Origin: Octopus sinensis
Lineage: Eukaryota
Assembly (NCBI RefSeq): GCF_006345805.1
Contig: NC_043019.1
Coordinates: 6,509,360 to 6,573,359 of the forward strand
Length of the DNA stretch: 64,000 bases
Direction of reading: 5' to 3'
This document shows, piece after piece, positions 40,535 to 54,629 of the stretch (position 1 is the first letter of the stretch; the number at the start of each line of letters is the position of its first letter). The position numbers and the translations under genes are program-made. Under the pieces are notes generated by a model. That model did not search any database. It saw nothing but the letters and a program-made list of their open reading frames with translations, and was not told the origin of the DNA.

Positions 40535-40589
40535 TATATATAAGGGAGACACATACCACACATATATATATATGTATATATATATATAG

Positions 40590-40623
<34 letters not shown>

Positions 40624-41141
40624 AGGGAGACACATACCACACAGACACGCATACCATACACTTACACATACGAACACACATGCACATACACGCACGCACA
40701 TATATGGTGGCGTAAACAAACGAACTTCGGTCATCAAGCCCCACGACGACAAAAACAGCTCTTGCTACTATAGCCTCAATCTTGAAATTTTGGGGTGATG
40801 GGTGGAGGAGGGTGGGTTAGTCAATTACAGCAACCTCGGTGCTAGACTTGTAATTGGCCTCGGTGGAATTTGAACTCATTCACTCTTTCAGTTACACGTT
40901 TAGCTGCACTCATCTGGCTCCTCTCACCTGACTTAGCATTGAACCACAATTTGAAAGTAAACCCAGAAGAAATGCCTCTAAGCATTTTGTCCGGCATACA
41001 AACAATTAAGCCAGTTCGCCGCCTTTATGATGGAAATTATGAGGTTTGTAAACAGACCCATTACACTTACTTTTGTGCGTGTGTATGCGTGTGTGTATAT
41101 GTATATACACCATAATAAATCAATATATATATGTATATATG

Positions 41142-41195
<54 letters not shown>

Positions 41196-41227
41196 CATAT
41201 ATACATATATTGTAACTGTACATATAC

Positions 41228-41261
<34 letters not shown>

Positions 41262-41287
41262 TATGTTATATATATTATATATATATA

Positions 41288-41329
<42 letters not shown>

Positions 41330-41330
41330 G

Positions 41331-41361
<31 letters not shown>

Positions 41362-41573
41362 TATATATATATATATATATATACAACATACATACATATA
41401 GCTACGTTAAAGTGGCGATAAAACTACCCTTTACATACATACTACAAGTTACACAAGCGCCAGTTTGCACACACACAAACACACATTTATATATTATGCA
41501 TACATATATAGATATATATGTATATTTATAAATATATATATATGTATATATATGTATATGCATATTTATAAAA

Positions 41574-41653
<80 letters not shown>

Positions 41654-42225
41654 TATACATATATTATAATATGCTGATACACACACATTCGCACGTATAC
41701 ACACCACACACTTATACCCACCATACTGCGCAATAAATGGTCAGTAGCAATTACATTAATTTCACTCGCAACCTAACACTAGACTACGATAAAACACTTA
41801 TTATATTCCACCTATCGAGAAATATTGTTCCCAGAATTAAAACGGTTTCGCAGTTTAGATTTCCTTTTGGGAGAAATTTTCAATAATGTGCTTAATGCCA
41901 TAAAATATTCTTATTTAAATCGAAAAGAATCAATCTTTGCCACCGATTTCTGCTGTAATGTTAGGTGTAAGGTCAAATGGCTCGACGACATTTAGATTTG
42001 TTTCTCTACGGTTGCGTTTCTTTGTTGAGGGGGCTACAGACGGGTTGTGAATGAGTCTGTATTGTCATCGTTCTGGGCCACTTCAGGGCCCTATTTAGTG
42101 AAGTGTGTGGGTGTACGTGCTTGAGAGAGAGAGAGTGAAGGGGGTTGAGGGAGTGAGAGGGGGAAGGGAGAGAGGGGGCGACAGGGAGAGAGGGAGAGTG
42201 AGACGGTGAGGGGGAGAGAGAAAGT

Positions 42226-42261
<36 letters not shown>

Positions 42262-43968
42262 GGCGAACCGACTCCAGTTCTTCAAATCGTGTTTTATTTT
42301 TCGACCATGAACTGATGGAATCTAAATTTGGCTGGGGCTTGATTTGAAATCATAGGGCAGATATAAACCCAGAGAGAGAAAGAGAGAGAGGAAGAGGGAG
42401 AGAAAAGAAAGAGGGGTAGAGTGAGACAGACAGATGGATGGATAGATAGAGAGAGGGGGATAGAGAGATAGAAAGAGAGAGAGAGAGAGTGAGTATAGAG
42501 AGAAGTGAAACACAATTTTATTTATCATTTGGTTATCACAGTCATTGGACTGTGGCCATGCTGCAGCACCGCCTTGAGCGTTTAATTGAACTAATCGATC
42601 CCAATGTTTAATTTTTCATTTTGCAATCTGATACTCAATCTATCGGACTGTTTTGCCAAAGAGGTAGGTTACGCGGACATAAGCAAACCACTATCGGGGA
42701 GGGGGACAAAAAGATACACAATGACACATACACAGAGTCACACACCACACACACACACACATACACAGAAATGTATATTTATACACGTACAAGCAATAAC
42801 TAACCACAGAGAGTTCCATCTATCACATTCACTCACAAAGCTTAGGTCAGTCGATGGCTGCTACGGTTCAGTAGAAGATAATGTTTCATATTTTTTTTCT
42901 CAAGGTGTCGTCCAGTGGGACGGAAATCAAGAAACTATGAAGTTGCGACGGCAGCTTCTTGACTACAGAGTCTGGAAATATGTTTATCGAGTCTGAAGGG
43001 ATGAAGGATGCGTTTGCGCGTGAAGAGATTTGAATTCAGAGAGGAGATAAATGGAAAGAGACACTGCAAGAGTGCTACCATTGTGTAATGCTGTTTGTGG
43101 AATAAGAGGGAGAAAGAGAAAGAGAGAGAGAGAGAGAGAGAAGGGGAGAGAGAGGGAGAGAAAGGAAGCGAGAGAGAGAGAGAAGGGGAGAGAGAGAGAC
43201 AGACAGAGTGAGCGAATAAGAGAGACAAAGAATGAGACGGTCAGTGAGAGAGCTAGAGAGAGAGAGAGAGAGTGTGTGTGTGATTACTATGAAACGAGAG
43301 AGAGGGAGAGAAGGAGAGAGAGAGAGACAGACAGACAGCGTGTGCGATTGAGAGAGACAGAGTGAGACGGAGAGCGAGAGAGAGACTGAGAGTGTGTGTA
43401 TGTGTGTGTGTGATTACTATGAGGCAAGAGAGAGAGAGAGAGAGAGGGGGAGAGATGGAGAGATAGAGAGACGTACAGAGTGAGTGATTAAGAGAGACAG
43501 AGAGTGAAACGGAGAGTGAGAGAGACAGAGATTGTGTGTGTGATTACTATGAGAAGAGTGAAAGAGAGAGAGAGAGGGAGAGAGGGAGGATGAATGTTTT
43601 CTTAAGCGAAAGAGAGAGGGGGAATAATTTTCTTAGGTGAGAGAACTGCTGAGTCAGTAAATTTTTTTTACAGTATAGTTTCTAAAGAAATGACTTTTCT
43701 TTCTGTTAATGTTATTTCCTCCCAACATTGTCTCTCTCTCTCTCCCGCCCCACCTTTGAGCACTTCACTTCATTCTCTCTCTCTTAAACTAGGTCTTACC
43801 CTAAAATCTATATAGGAAAACTCTAATTGTGTTTCCTACAGAGAATATATTAATTCAATAACCGTGCAGCGAACTCTCTGATTGTTATCGCTAGTTTATC
43901 GTCAATATATTACGTGCATTCGTAAGGAGGTCTCTAATATGAGTTTCTGTTTCTTGTTTTTTATGTTT

Positions 43969-44010
43969 GTTAGTCTCAAAGTGCTGCACCAGCATCACTT
44001 TGAGACTAAC
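43969..44010. repeat. Perfect 15-bp-stem hairpin
   Basis: gttagtctcaaagtg-ctgcaccagcat-cactttgagactaac. Confidence 0.85.
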
Positions 44011-44393
44011 ATTATATTTCCTACACTTGGAACTGATGCGCACATATTCCTGCTTTAATTAAAATTTCCCAAACGTTGCAGTTGCCGTATACTTTGCCTC
44101 AGTCAGTCATTATGTTTCACACACACGCACACACACACACACAGACACACATACACGCGCGCACATTTATTCGCATCATGCATACAGCTCCCCACTAACA
44201 TATACACCGTGCTTACATAGACACATATATACATACGTACTTACATACATGTATGTACACACAAACTCATATATATATATATAAATACAACACACACCAC
44301 ACCCACACACTATATATATATATATATATATATATAATGTATATTATATTGTATGTATATGTATATATATATATAATATAATATATATATATA

Positions 44394-44450
<57 letters not shown>

Positions 44451-44789
44451 TATATAATATATATATGTATATATGGAACAAAATCGCAATAGATGGCATT
44501 AAAACGTTCGGACAGAAAGACAGACGATACATAGGCGGACAAGAGAAACAACAATTAGATGGGCAGGCAAAAAAAAAAAAGACGGGTCATTCTTGGCTTT
44601 ATTTCTTCAGTCAAGTACCAGAATCACTACTATTTCGGGCTGTTACACTTGAGATGGTTCGATCTGGTTGCCACCCAAAATGTCTAAGCTAATTACATTA
44701 AATCCTTTTGTAAGAAAGATAGCGAATGTGTACGACAACAAAGACAAAAAAACACCAACAAAAAAACTGAGTACATGGTACACAAACAC

Positions 44790-44935
44790 GATATATATAT
44801 ATTACATTTTCGACTCCGAAAGGATGAAGGGCAAAATCAACCTCGGTGGAATTTGAACTCAGAACGTAAAGACAGACGAAATACCGCTAAGCATTTCGCC
44901 CGGCATGCTAACGTTTCTGCCAGCTCACCGCCTTA
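44790..44935 (-). mobile_element. SINE family C
   Basis: ccgaaaggatgaagggcaaaatcaacctcggtggaatttgaactcagaacg...ccagctcaccgcc. Confidence 0.85.
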
Positions 44936-44988
44936 AATATTTTTTCTTTATTGCCCACAGAGAGCTAAACATAGAGGAGACAAACAAG

Positions 44989-45037
<49 letters not shown>

Positions 45038-45915
45038 AGAGAGAGAGAGAAACAGAGAGAAAGCCACACCCATACACAGAGAGATAGTTTTCGATAGAGA
45101 GAGAGAGAGACAGACAGATAGATAGATAGATATAGATAGATACATAGATAAATATATATATATATATATATAGATAGATAGATAGATAGATAGATTTTCA
45201 AATTGTCACAGTTTGAATTGGCCATTATTTTAATGAATCCCAACACAGTAGAACTTCGAAGCCGCAATCAAGATAATTATAATATTTATATCCACATCTG
45301 TTTCAAACTGTCTGACTTGCTATTTTTTCCCTGCATGTACGTACAAACTTGCATAAATACATCCCTCTATCCATCCATACATACGTTAATATTTACTTTT
45401 CAACTAAAAAGAGAAAGAGAAGAAAATACGTGTATATGTATGTGTATGTGTGTGTGTCTGTGACTGCGTCCGTCTGTCTGTGTGTCCGTATAAATATATC
45501 GGCCGACAGACAAAACCAGTGATCTATACACATATATAGACACATGTATATGAGCATATGCACTTGTGTGCTTTTCATCTATTCATAGATAGGAATTATC
45601 TGTGAGCGAAGATGTATACTAATTTCTGACATTGCACCACCCGAGACATATGCTACAATCATGTCTGTCCCATTAGCATTAACACCAGCATTAACCCCGC
45701 TTTGGAAAGACAAAACTTCACTTATCGCCAGACAAACCTCGGCTTCGTTCTAACCAGAATTTACATATTATTACATGTTATTTGAAATAAACTAAAAAAA
45801 AAGTATTTCGGTTATTGATTACGCATCACTATTTACAGATATTATTTGTGTATTTATATATTTGGAGTCACGCAATATTCGTATATTTTATTCGCTAAAT
45901 TTCCTGCTTGCTTAC

Positions 45916-45987
45916 CACAAATATTGAATCGACAATTTTGTTTTTTCAATATTATCCAATCTAAAATCTATTACAATGCGTAAATAT
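45916..45987 (-). CDS. Candidate 72-nt internal exon, unknown protein
   Basis: ctacag acceptor, GTAAGC donor, open frame YLRIVIDFRLDNIEKTKLSIQYL, phase 2/2. Confidence 0.25.
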
Positions 45988-46664
45988 CTGTAGATCACCT
46001 TAAGTTCAATATCATTTCAATATATTTGATAACTATATTCCCCACGTCTGATAAAAATGCGTATCGGCATTTCTTCCGGATTTTCACCTCCTGCTTTCAA
46101 ATCCTACCACTGTCATCTCTCTACGTGGTAGCTCGACCTGCAAGAAATAGCTGCGAAATATCTTTCTGTCCTTAACGAGTCAACAAGTGTGTGTCTCTAG
46201 CTGGAGACATCCGCTGTCAATACCCAATTATTCTTCAAACCACACCCTATCGTTTTCAAAAGAATAAAAGGACACCTTTGTGTAAAAGTGTTTTTCATAT
46301 AACGAGATGAGATGGGTATGGCTGGAATGCCCTTGATCATGAATTTGCTGGATTTTGATTGACATTGGGCTAAACAACAATAGCATAAGTAACAACAAAA
46401 TGAAACGGAATGCTATAGAAATTGAATAAAATATTTAGCGTTTTTTAATTTTTAAATTCTTTTATATATTACAGTTCTATATTTAAGAAATGAGGAATTA
46501 TTTACATTACTTTCATTATCTACCTTATTTACATTTGACGGATATTTGACCACATTTTGTTTGTTGTTAACACAAGGTTTCCTCTGATATACCCTCCAGC
46601 AGCCATGATCAGGTGTCTTGGCGAAATTTCGAACCTGGATTCTCATTCCTAAGGTATTTTTCGA

Positions 46665-46681
46665 TGTTATAATAATAATAA

Positions 46682-46731
<50 letters not shown>

Positions 46732-46770
46732 TAATGATATAATAATAATAATAATAATAATAAAATAATA

Positions 46771-46801
<31 letters not shown>

Positions 46802-46817
46802 TAAAATAATAATAATA

Positions 46818-46855
<38 letters not shown>

Positions 46856-47001
46856 TAATAATAATAATAATGATAATGATAATAATAATAATATAATAAA
46901 TAATAATAATAAATAATAATAATAATAATAATATAATAATAATAATAATAATAATAATTAATAATAATAATAATAATAATATAATAATAAAAATAATGAT
47001 A

Positions 47002-47041
<40 letters not shown>

Positions 47042-47152
47042 TAATAATAAAATAATAATAATATAATAATAATAATAATAAAATAATATAATAATAATAA
47101 TAATGATAATAATAATAATAATAAAATAATAATAATAATAATAATAATAATA
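46665..47152. repeat. (AAT)n array
   Basis: Directly visible. Confidence 0.95.
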
Positions 47153-47458
47153 ATCGTAGGAGCACTAGGAATGATCAAGAAGGGAACCGAAAATTATATG
47201 AGAATGATCCCTGGCTTACCATCCCTGCAAGAAACGCAAAAGATTGTCTTAATTGGTACATCACACGTATTGAGAAGAGCATTGTCGATGTGAGAATTAT
47301 TACTACCCATGTATTTTAATTTAACTTAAAAAAAAAAATGAACGAACTATTGAGTTTAGTTTAATGGCCTACCAATGTATACTATGAGTTTCTTTGCCCT
47401 AGGCGTCGGGAAGATACTCGGCAAGAAATGGAAGCAAATTTGAAAGAAGAAAAAAAGA
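47153..47458 (+). mobile_element. 5'-truncated Dong-like LINE (family 2): ORF end plus 3' UTR
   Basis: IVGALGMIKKGTENYMRMIPGLPSLQETQKIVLIGTSHVLRRALSM then stop; (TAA)n on both sides. Confidence 0.85.
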
Positions 47459-47481
47459 TAATAATAATAATAATAATAATA

Positions 47482-47824
47482 GACAACGTGTCTCTAAAAG
47501 AAATGGAGAAACTCTCAAAATACAAAGACCTGGAAATAGAGGTAACTAGAATGTGGAACCTGAAAACAGAAACAATTCCTATCATAGTAGGTGCATTAGG
47601 CATGATAAAAAAATATTCAGACAAATACATAACAAAAACACCAGGACTTACAAACACATATAACATACAGAAAATTGCACTACTAGGCACTGCACACATC
47701 CTACGCAGAACACTTTCCATACAATAACCATCAGAGCATCACAACAAATCACAGCACATACCCAAGGCAAACAGAGCTGCGCTCGGTAGTGAAGTGAAAG
47801 CACGCTATAAAAATAAAACTACTA

Positions 47825-47825
<1 letters not shown>
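47482..47825 (+). mobile_element. 5'-truncated Dong-like LINE (family 1): ORF end plus 3' UTR
   Basis: DNVSLKEMEKLSKYKDLEIEVTRMWNLKTETIPIIVGALGMIKK...GTAHILRRTLSIQ then stop; frame intact; (TAA)n on both sides. Confidence 0.9.
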
Positions 47826-47894
<69 letters not shown>

Positions 47895-48699
47895 GAAGAA
47901 GAAGAAGAAGAAGATGTAGAGGAAGGATAAGAAGAATGGATGGTTACCGACGTATGTTGATGTCTGTGCAGTGCTATAACTTGAAAAAAAATTATCTCTT
48001 TCCTTTCCGATGCAATTATCATTATGTTTGTCTCGTTAACTTGGCAATAAACTTCTCCAATTCCATTTCCAGTGATTCGCGCAGTCATTCGTATTTAGCT
48101 GTTGCCTTTAATGGAGAATGATGTAACATTTAAAACCTATAATTACTACGCTCCCTCCATCATCCCTTTTATCTCTCAATGCTCCATACAGCGATTCGAA
48201 TACATTTTATTTAGGCTCTACTCCCATTCACTCCATTCCGCTATCTCTCTCTTCTATCTATTCTGTCTTTTATTCCGTTCCTTAATCTGTTTCTCACTGG
48301 CTCGTTTCATTGAAATCCGAACAATGGCGGAATTAGATAGGATTACAGCATTCCTCATGGAAAATTACATTAAAATTATAATGGCTCAGTCCACTTAACT
48401 TCGCGTAGGCTAAGTACAACTAAGGCGTTCAAAAGTATTTGACAATACGGGAAGATATTAGATTTACTAACCCTGTAGACTTTCTTGTCTTCACCTACCC
48501 AGGTGTTAGGGTTTTAATTAACATTCTAAGCTTTCAGATAACCAGAAGTTGCGTAACAAGAACGATCATGAATAAAAGAGTACACAAAACAAATTGGAAG
48601 TTTGGAGAAGAATATAAAATGGAAGAAATAAGAAAATTTTCACTAACAATAGGAACGAAGTTTTCAAAAACACTGCTTCAAGGTTTAATACTGGTTTCA

Positions 48700-48910
48700 A
48701 ATCTTGGCAGCGAGTAATTCTATCACATCGATCCCAATCCCTATGGTACTTATTTAATCGACCCCAGTACACAACAGGTTTTTAACTTATCAACCCCGAA
48801 AGGATGAAAAGCAAATTCGATCTCGGCGGAATTTGATCTCAGAACGTAAAGACGGACGAACTACCGCTTAAAATTTCGCCCAGCGTGCTAACGATTCTGC
48901 CAGCTCTCTG
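48700..48910 (-). mobile_element. SINE family C
   Basis: ccccgaaaggatgaaaagcaaattcgatctcggcggaatttga...tgccagctc. Confidence 0.85.
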
Positions 48911-49859
48911 CCTCTACGGTTGTAAGTATTCCTTGTACACAACTCCAGGCTAAATCAGCTTCGGTCTGATCACGAGGAGGAAGGTGTGTGCTGTTAGACC
49001 CGAAAAATCCAATGAGCTCAGGTTACAACAGCGAAAATGTGTACAACTATTGAACCTGTAGAGGTACGTTGGACTAAAGGCAGTGCCCAACCAAACACAG
49101 ATACAGCAAACACACACGAGGAAAAGATAATTTAGAAATTTAGAAGTAACATATAATGGTGAAATTTATGGGGCATGGCCAGCGGTTTTAAGGGAAGGAG
49201 TTAGTCGGTTAGATTTGCCCCGGTATTTGAGTAGTACGTATTTTATTGGCCCCAAAAGATTAGAGAGCGAAGTTGACCTTAGCGGCATTTGACATGAGGT
49301 GTGTAAAGAGCCGGGAAACACTACCAAATAATAATAGGATAGAACGCTTGGCAACAACACAAATGAATGCGTTTAGCGACTTAGAAAATATGATAGACAC
49401 AATTAAACAAAAATTTGAAGCGAAAACACTCAGACAAATTGGAGACAGCCGATAAACCAACAAAATGTCGAACTGCATAACAAACAGAGCCGTAATCAGA
49501 CAAGCTAACACTTCATTAGATATAATTATAGAGTGAGTATATAAAATAGATATAACGACCTGAAACTAAATAATGTTTATAACAAGGTATGTATTAAGCA
49601 GGACAGCAGACTTCGAAAGGAGGGAGAGATTGATCCTATTAAATAAGAAGAGAAAAGAGATAAAGAAGAGTAAACCAAGGATGGCGAACATAAGACGAAG
49701 GCTTGGCTGTGTGGTCACGAAGATCGTTTTGTAACCATGTGGTCACGGGTTCAGTCGCATGGCGCAGCATCTTGGACAAGTGACTTCTGCTCTGGTTTCG
49801 AGCCGACCAATGCAGTGTGAATGAATCTGATTAGCAGAAACTCTGCGGAAGTCCATCGT

Positions 49860-49914
<55 letters not shown>

Positions 49915-49987
49915 TGGATAAATAGGTAGATAATATATATAAATATATAGATAAGATAGATTATATATATGTATATATCTGTATAAG

Positions 49988-50039
<52 letters not shown>

Positions 50040-50154
50040 TATACCATCGGCTGCACCTCTCTTTCGCGGATCAAAGTGACTTTGCATTGATGGGAAATCC
50101 TAAAAAATATACCACGACGTCTACACATTTCTCACCTTGAACTTTCAACCTTGA

Positions 50155-50354
50155 ACTTATCGTTAGCTATGCACGCATTTTTTTTTTTTCCTTCTCTTCT
50201 TCTGTGTTTTCTCTCTCTGTGTATCTTTCTGTTGAAGAGCGTAGGCTCGGAACGTTAAAGACTTGTTTTATTATTATTTCTCTGGAGCCATACTAATACA
50301 ATTGTTCGTTGTTTTCCACCTGCCTTCGTCTGTTTATTTTAATAAAGCTTCCCG

Positions 50355-50360
<6 letters not shown>
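50155..50360 (+). mobile_element. Hammerhead-bearing short repeat, family H1 (copy 3); motif at 50224-50261
   Basis: TCTTT CTGTTGA A GAGC GTAG GCTC GGAA CGT T AAAGA (one A-to-G change in GAAA); followed by (TA)n. Confidence 0.7.
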
Positions 50361-50392
<32 letters not shown>

Positions 50393-50400
50393 ACCTATTT

Positions 50401-50629
50401 CTATTTCTTTACTACCCACAAGGGGCTAAACACAAAGGAGACAAACAAGGACAGACAAACGGATTAAGTCGATTATATCGACCCCAGTGCGTTACTGGTA
50501 CTTAATTTATCGACCCCGAAAAGATGAAAGGCAAAGTCGACCTCGGCGGAATTTGAACTCAGAACGTAACGGCAGACGAAATACGGCCACGCATTTTGCC
50601 CGGCGTGCTAACATCTCTGCCAGCTCGCC
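50401..50629 (-). mobile_element. SINE family C, full-length monomer
   Basis: Head through tail ...ccccttgtgggtagtaaagaaatag. Confidence 0.9.
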
Positions 50630-51174
50630 TGCTTCTAATAATAAACTAACACTTTATTCTGTTCGGAAGACCATTACATAAAATACTTGCTCAAGGTTCC
50701 ACGAAGCTGCCGAGATCGTTCGAAACCGGAACAATCTGACTGTGTTAGTGAAATTATTACTTTCAACCGAAAGCTACAACGTGCCTACTACTTCCCAGAC
50801 ACATCACCACCGACCATATCTTCAAAGATAACTTCTCTCTTGTGTCTATTAAACACCATTAACTTTGCTATTAAGGTAAAGTTTATTCTGTTCGGGAGTT
50901 TTAATATTCACGAATAAAGCTTTTCGCTGAAATCTGATTTGTAGCACGGACACTTGGAACGGGAGAGATATCAATCGGCGTTCTGAACACGGCAGCATCA
51001 CGTAACAGCATACACAGCGTAGTTGCAGCAGGCAGAATCGTCGTTAATTTCCCTTAGATTAAATCAAAATTCTTTTATACGTGTACTTCAGTTAATAGGA
51101 GTGTTTTGAAAGTGCTGAGGAAATCGCTTCGCATTCGAGTGTAATGCACTAATGAGTAGTAGAACAAGCTAATT

Positions 51175-51690
51175 AAATACTATCTAGGTCATTAGGGATG
51201 ATCATTGCAATGTGAATTATAAGAATTCTCCAATACTTTGCTTGATTTTCGAGTTTGCAATTAAAATTTCCGCTACACCCTAACTCGCACCGCACACACG
51301 TAATTTAATCTCAAATCATGAATACATAGTATGGAAGCATGTACGTGATATAATAGTAGTTTACCAAGAATATAAACAAAAAAAAAAGTAGACGGGCCAG
51401 CCAGCGAAGAGGAATACACTACAGGATCACCCTAATTTCTAGAAGTGACAGCCAAATACCCCTCAATTCGCATACGCTACTGATAAGTATAACAAATGTT
51501 TACTGGAAAATAATTATAAGGAAAATACTATCTAGATCATTAAGGATTATGATTACTACAAGAATTTTCCAATAATTTGCGATTAGAATTTCCACAAAAC
51601 CCTAATCTGCATCGCATTTGCGTTGCTATTTAATCTGCAAAGAGGAATACATACTATGGAAGCATGTACGTGATATAATATTCCTCTAGT
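51175..51690. repeat. Degenerate tandem duplication, period about 350 bp
   Basis: tactatctag(g/a)tcatta...atggaagcatgtacgtgatataata occurs twice. Confidence 0.7.
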
Positions 51691-53029
51691 CAGAAATTTA
51701 TCGTTTCGGGCGAATCAATGAGAAAGACTCTACAGTGTCATCTGGGTTGCTAAAAATAACAACCAAATCTACCTTAATTCACACATGCTACTGTTTTTAG
51801 ATATGAAAGACTGATTTATTGGATAATAGAATAGCAGACATTGAATTAAACGGGATGATCACATACAAAACACATTCCATCCATCATAGTATCCTCATTG
51901 TGGTCGACCATGGGCTAAACAGCAATAAGGGCTGATCATTACGTGTTATTATTACTATTCTTAATTTAAGGCTACGAACTGGCAGAACCGACAGCGGGAC
52001 TTGATAAAACAAATACCTGATGAATCATTGGTCGATACAATTGATTTAACCCCTCGCCCAAGTCTCTGTCCTTGCACAACCTTGTGGTTGCAAAATCTGG
52101 TCGTTAACCACACAGTCTCACCTTCCTCCATGTGCGCATGCATTATTGGGTGGTCGCAGATTTGTGCTTGATTTGATTCTATATTCTTCGTGTTATTAGT
52201 ATTTCACGATTTAGCGGTCATTGGTTCAATTGTCACACCCACCACCGCGCTGCACCTTTGAGTACAGCACCTTATTGCATTCGATGCAGCTGCAAAATGG
52301 GTACAAGTAGTAACTGGGCTTAAATCTACGACAGGTGGCGAGCCGGGGTCTTATATTGTTAATCACTTAAACGCCATTGAAAATCGGAGCTACATGTAAA
52401 TGTAGGGTCGGGATATTTACGTTGGTAGACCGGATGGAAACCAACTGTAATCCAAATAAGATTTGATTCTAAGATTAAGTTAGAATCGACTGCAATAGAA
52501 TAATAATATAATGTCTTCTAATTTCGGTACAAGATCAACAATTTTAAGAATGAGACTAAGTTGATTATATTACCAGTGCTGAACTGTTTTTTTTTTATTG
52601 ATACTGAAAGGATGAAAGGCAGAAATGATCTCGGTGGAGTTTGAACTGAGAGCGAAATAAGTCGCAAAAATTAATACAAAGCGTTTTTACCCGCGCTACT
52701 TTAACAGATCTGCTAGCTTGCTACGCAAAGACTAATAAAGGATTGGAAATTTGGCAGCAGTAGAAAGTCGATTGTAAGGGACCTTGACAGTGAGTGGTAC
52801 TTATTTTGTCGACACTGAAAGAAAATAAAGGCAACCTCGGTGGAATTTGAATTCAGAATGTAAAGAAATATCACTAAATATTTAAAGACCTCCAGTGGCT
52901 AGAACCTGCATCACACCACACTTTAGGCCTATTTTCCGATGGGTGCTGGGTGATTCTGAACTATTGGTATGACACTTTGCCAATTTGGTTGTTATTACAA
53001 TGTAGTATTCTTTCTACTCTAGGTACAAG

Positions 53030-53215
53030 GACGAAAATTTTTGGGGAAGAGGCCAGTCGATTAGATCAACCCCAGTACGAAACTGGTGCTTAATTATCGA
53101 CCCCGAAAGGATGAAAGGCAAAGTCGACCTCGGCGGAATTTGAACTCAGAACGTAAAGACAGACGAAATAGCACAAAGCATTTTCCTGGCGTGCTAACGA
53201 TTCTGTCAGCTCCTC
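53030..53215 (-). mobile_element. SINE family C
   Basis: Core identical to the other copies. Confidence 0.88.
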
Positions 53216-53246
53216 ATATACGCACACACACAAACACACACACACA

Positions 53247-53309
<63 letters not shown>

Positions 53310-53311
<2 letters not shown>

Positions 53312-53475
53312 TGGTAAAAACGGTAAGATACAAAAGAAAGGAAGAGACCTCAATATTATGTAAATAGAGGAATTTATCTGTAAATGTAATACGTGACAAT
53401 TATTCGGTAGCCAAGATAAAACTCTGAATTTCGGATGCCGAGGTGGAAATCCACACCACCATCTCTTCAGTTATG
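53310..53475 (-). mobile_element. Hammerhead-bearing short repeat, family H2 (copy 2); motif at 53395-53475
   Basis: CTGAAGA GATG GTGGT GTGG ATTT CCAC CTCGG CATC C GAAA TTC...GAAT A; 5' side truncated by a SINE-B fragment. Confidence 0.65.
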
Positions 53476-53626
53476 GGCTTCTTTCAGTTTCCGTCTACCA
53501 AATCCGCTCACAATGCTTTTGTCGTCTTGAGGCTAGAGTAGCAAACACATGTCCAAGTTGCCACGCAGTGTAACTGAACTAGGAACCATATGGTTGGAAA
53601 GCAAGCTTCTCACTACACATCCACTC

Positions 53627-53678
<52 letters not shown>

Positions 53679-54206
53679 GTACACACACACACACATACAT
53701 ACACACACACATATAAACACTCAAGCACGTACATTAAACAATTGTTGACTTCAGCCACGCGTTGAAGTATCAAATAGAAGCGAGGTAAATAACCAGATAA
53801 GAAAACCCAAGATAAAAAAAAAACAAAACATACTTCCAGAAATTTCCAAGACTCCGCTATTATTTATTCATTCATCATTTTTTTTAGTTTATTGTCAATT
53901 CTTCGTTAGATCCTCTTAATTAATTGGATTAATTAGTGAAGAAAAATATCTAATACTCTGCAGGAAGCCATGTGTCAGGTTTCACTTAGTTCCATGATGA
54001 AGAGCAGATACATAAACACACACGCACACACACACACACCACACACACACTACACACACACACACACACATACACACACCAATACACACACACACAAACA
54101 AACGCGTTTGCTCCTATGCATATACTTATATACAGGCACTTATACACATATATACTCGCTCACACATAGACATACGCACACACATCTACATACAACATAC
54201 ATACAT

Positions 54207-54263
<57 letters not shown>

Positions 54264-54590
54264 CGCATATATATATATATATATATAGGCACACACTTAT
54301 ACACACGTTCTTACAAAAATATGCGTACACACGCTCTTCTGCACAAACATACACGCATACACTTATAGACAGACAGCCCTACACATACATGCACATAGAC
54401 ACGCGCTTATACATACAGACGTATACACACACGTACACATATATACATGCGCACACTTATTAACACACTGGCCTACACAAATACACACGCACACATCTTT
54501 ACACGCACCTTCATATACATACACATACACGCCTACACGAATGCACATTGATACCCGCTCATATTTACGCACATGCAAACGCACACACAA

Positions 54591-54628
<38 letters not shown>

Positions 54629-54629
54629 A

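Noticed and set aside
42870-42980. Exon candidates on both strands (GVVQWDGNQETMK... on plus, SINIFPDSVVKKLP... on minus)
   Set aside because: Acceptors are good, but the frames stop without a donor and no homology was recognised.
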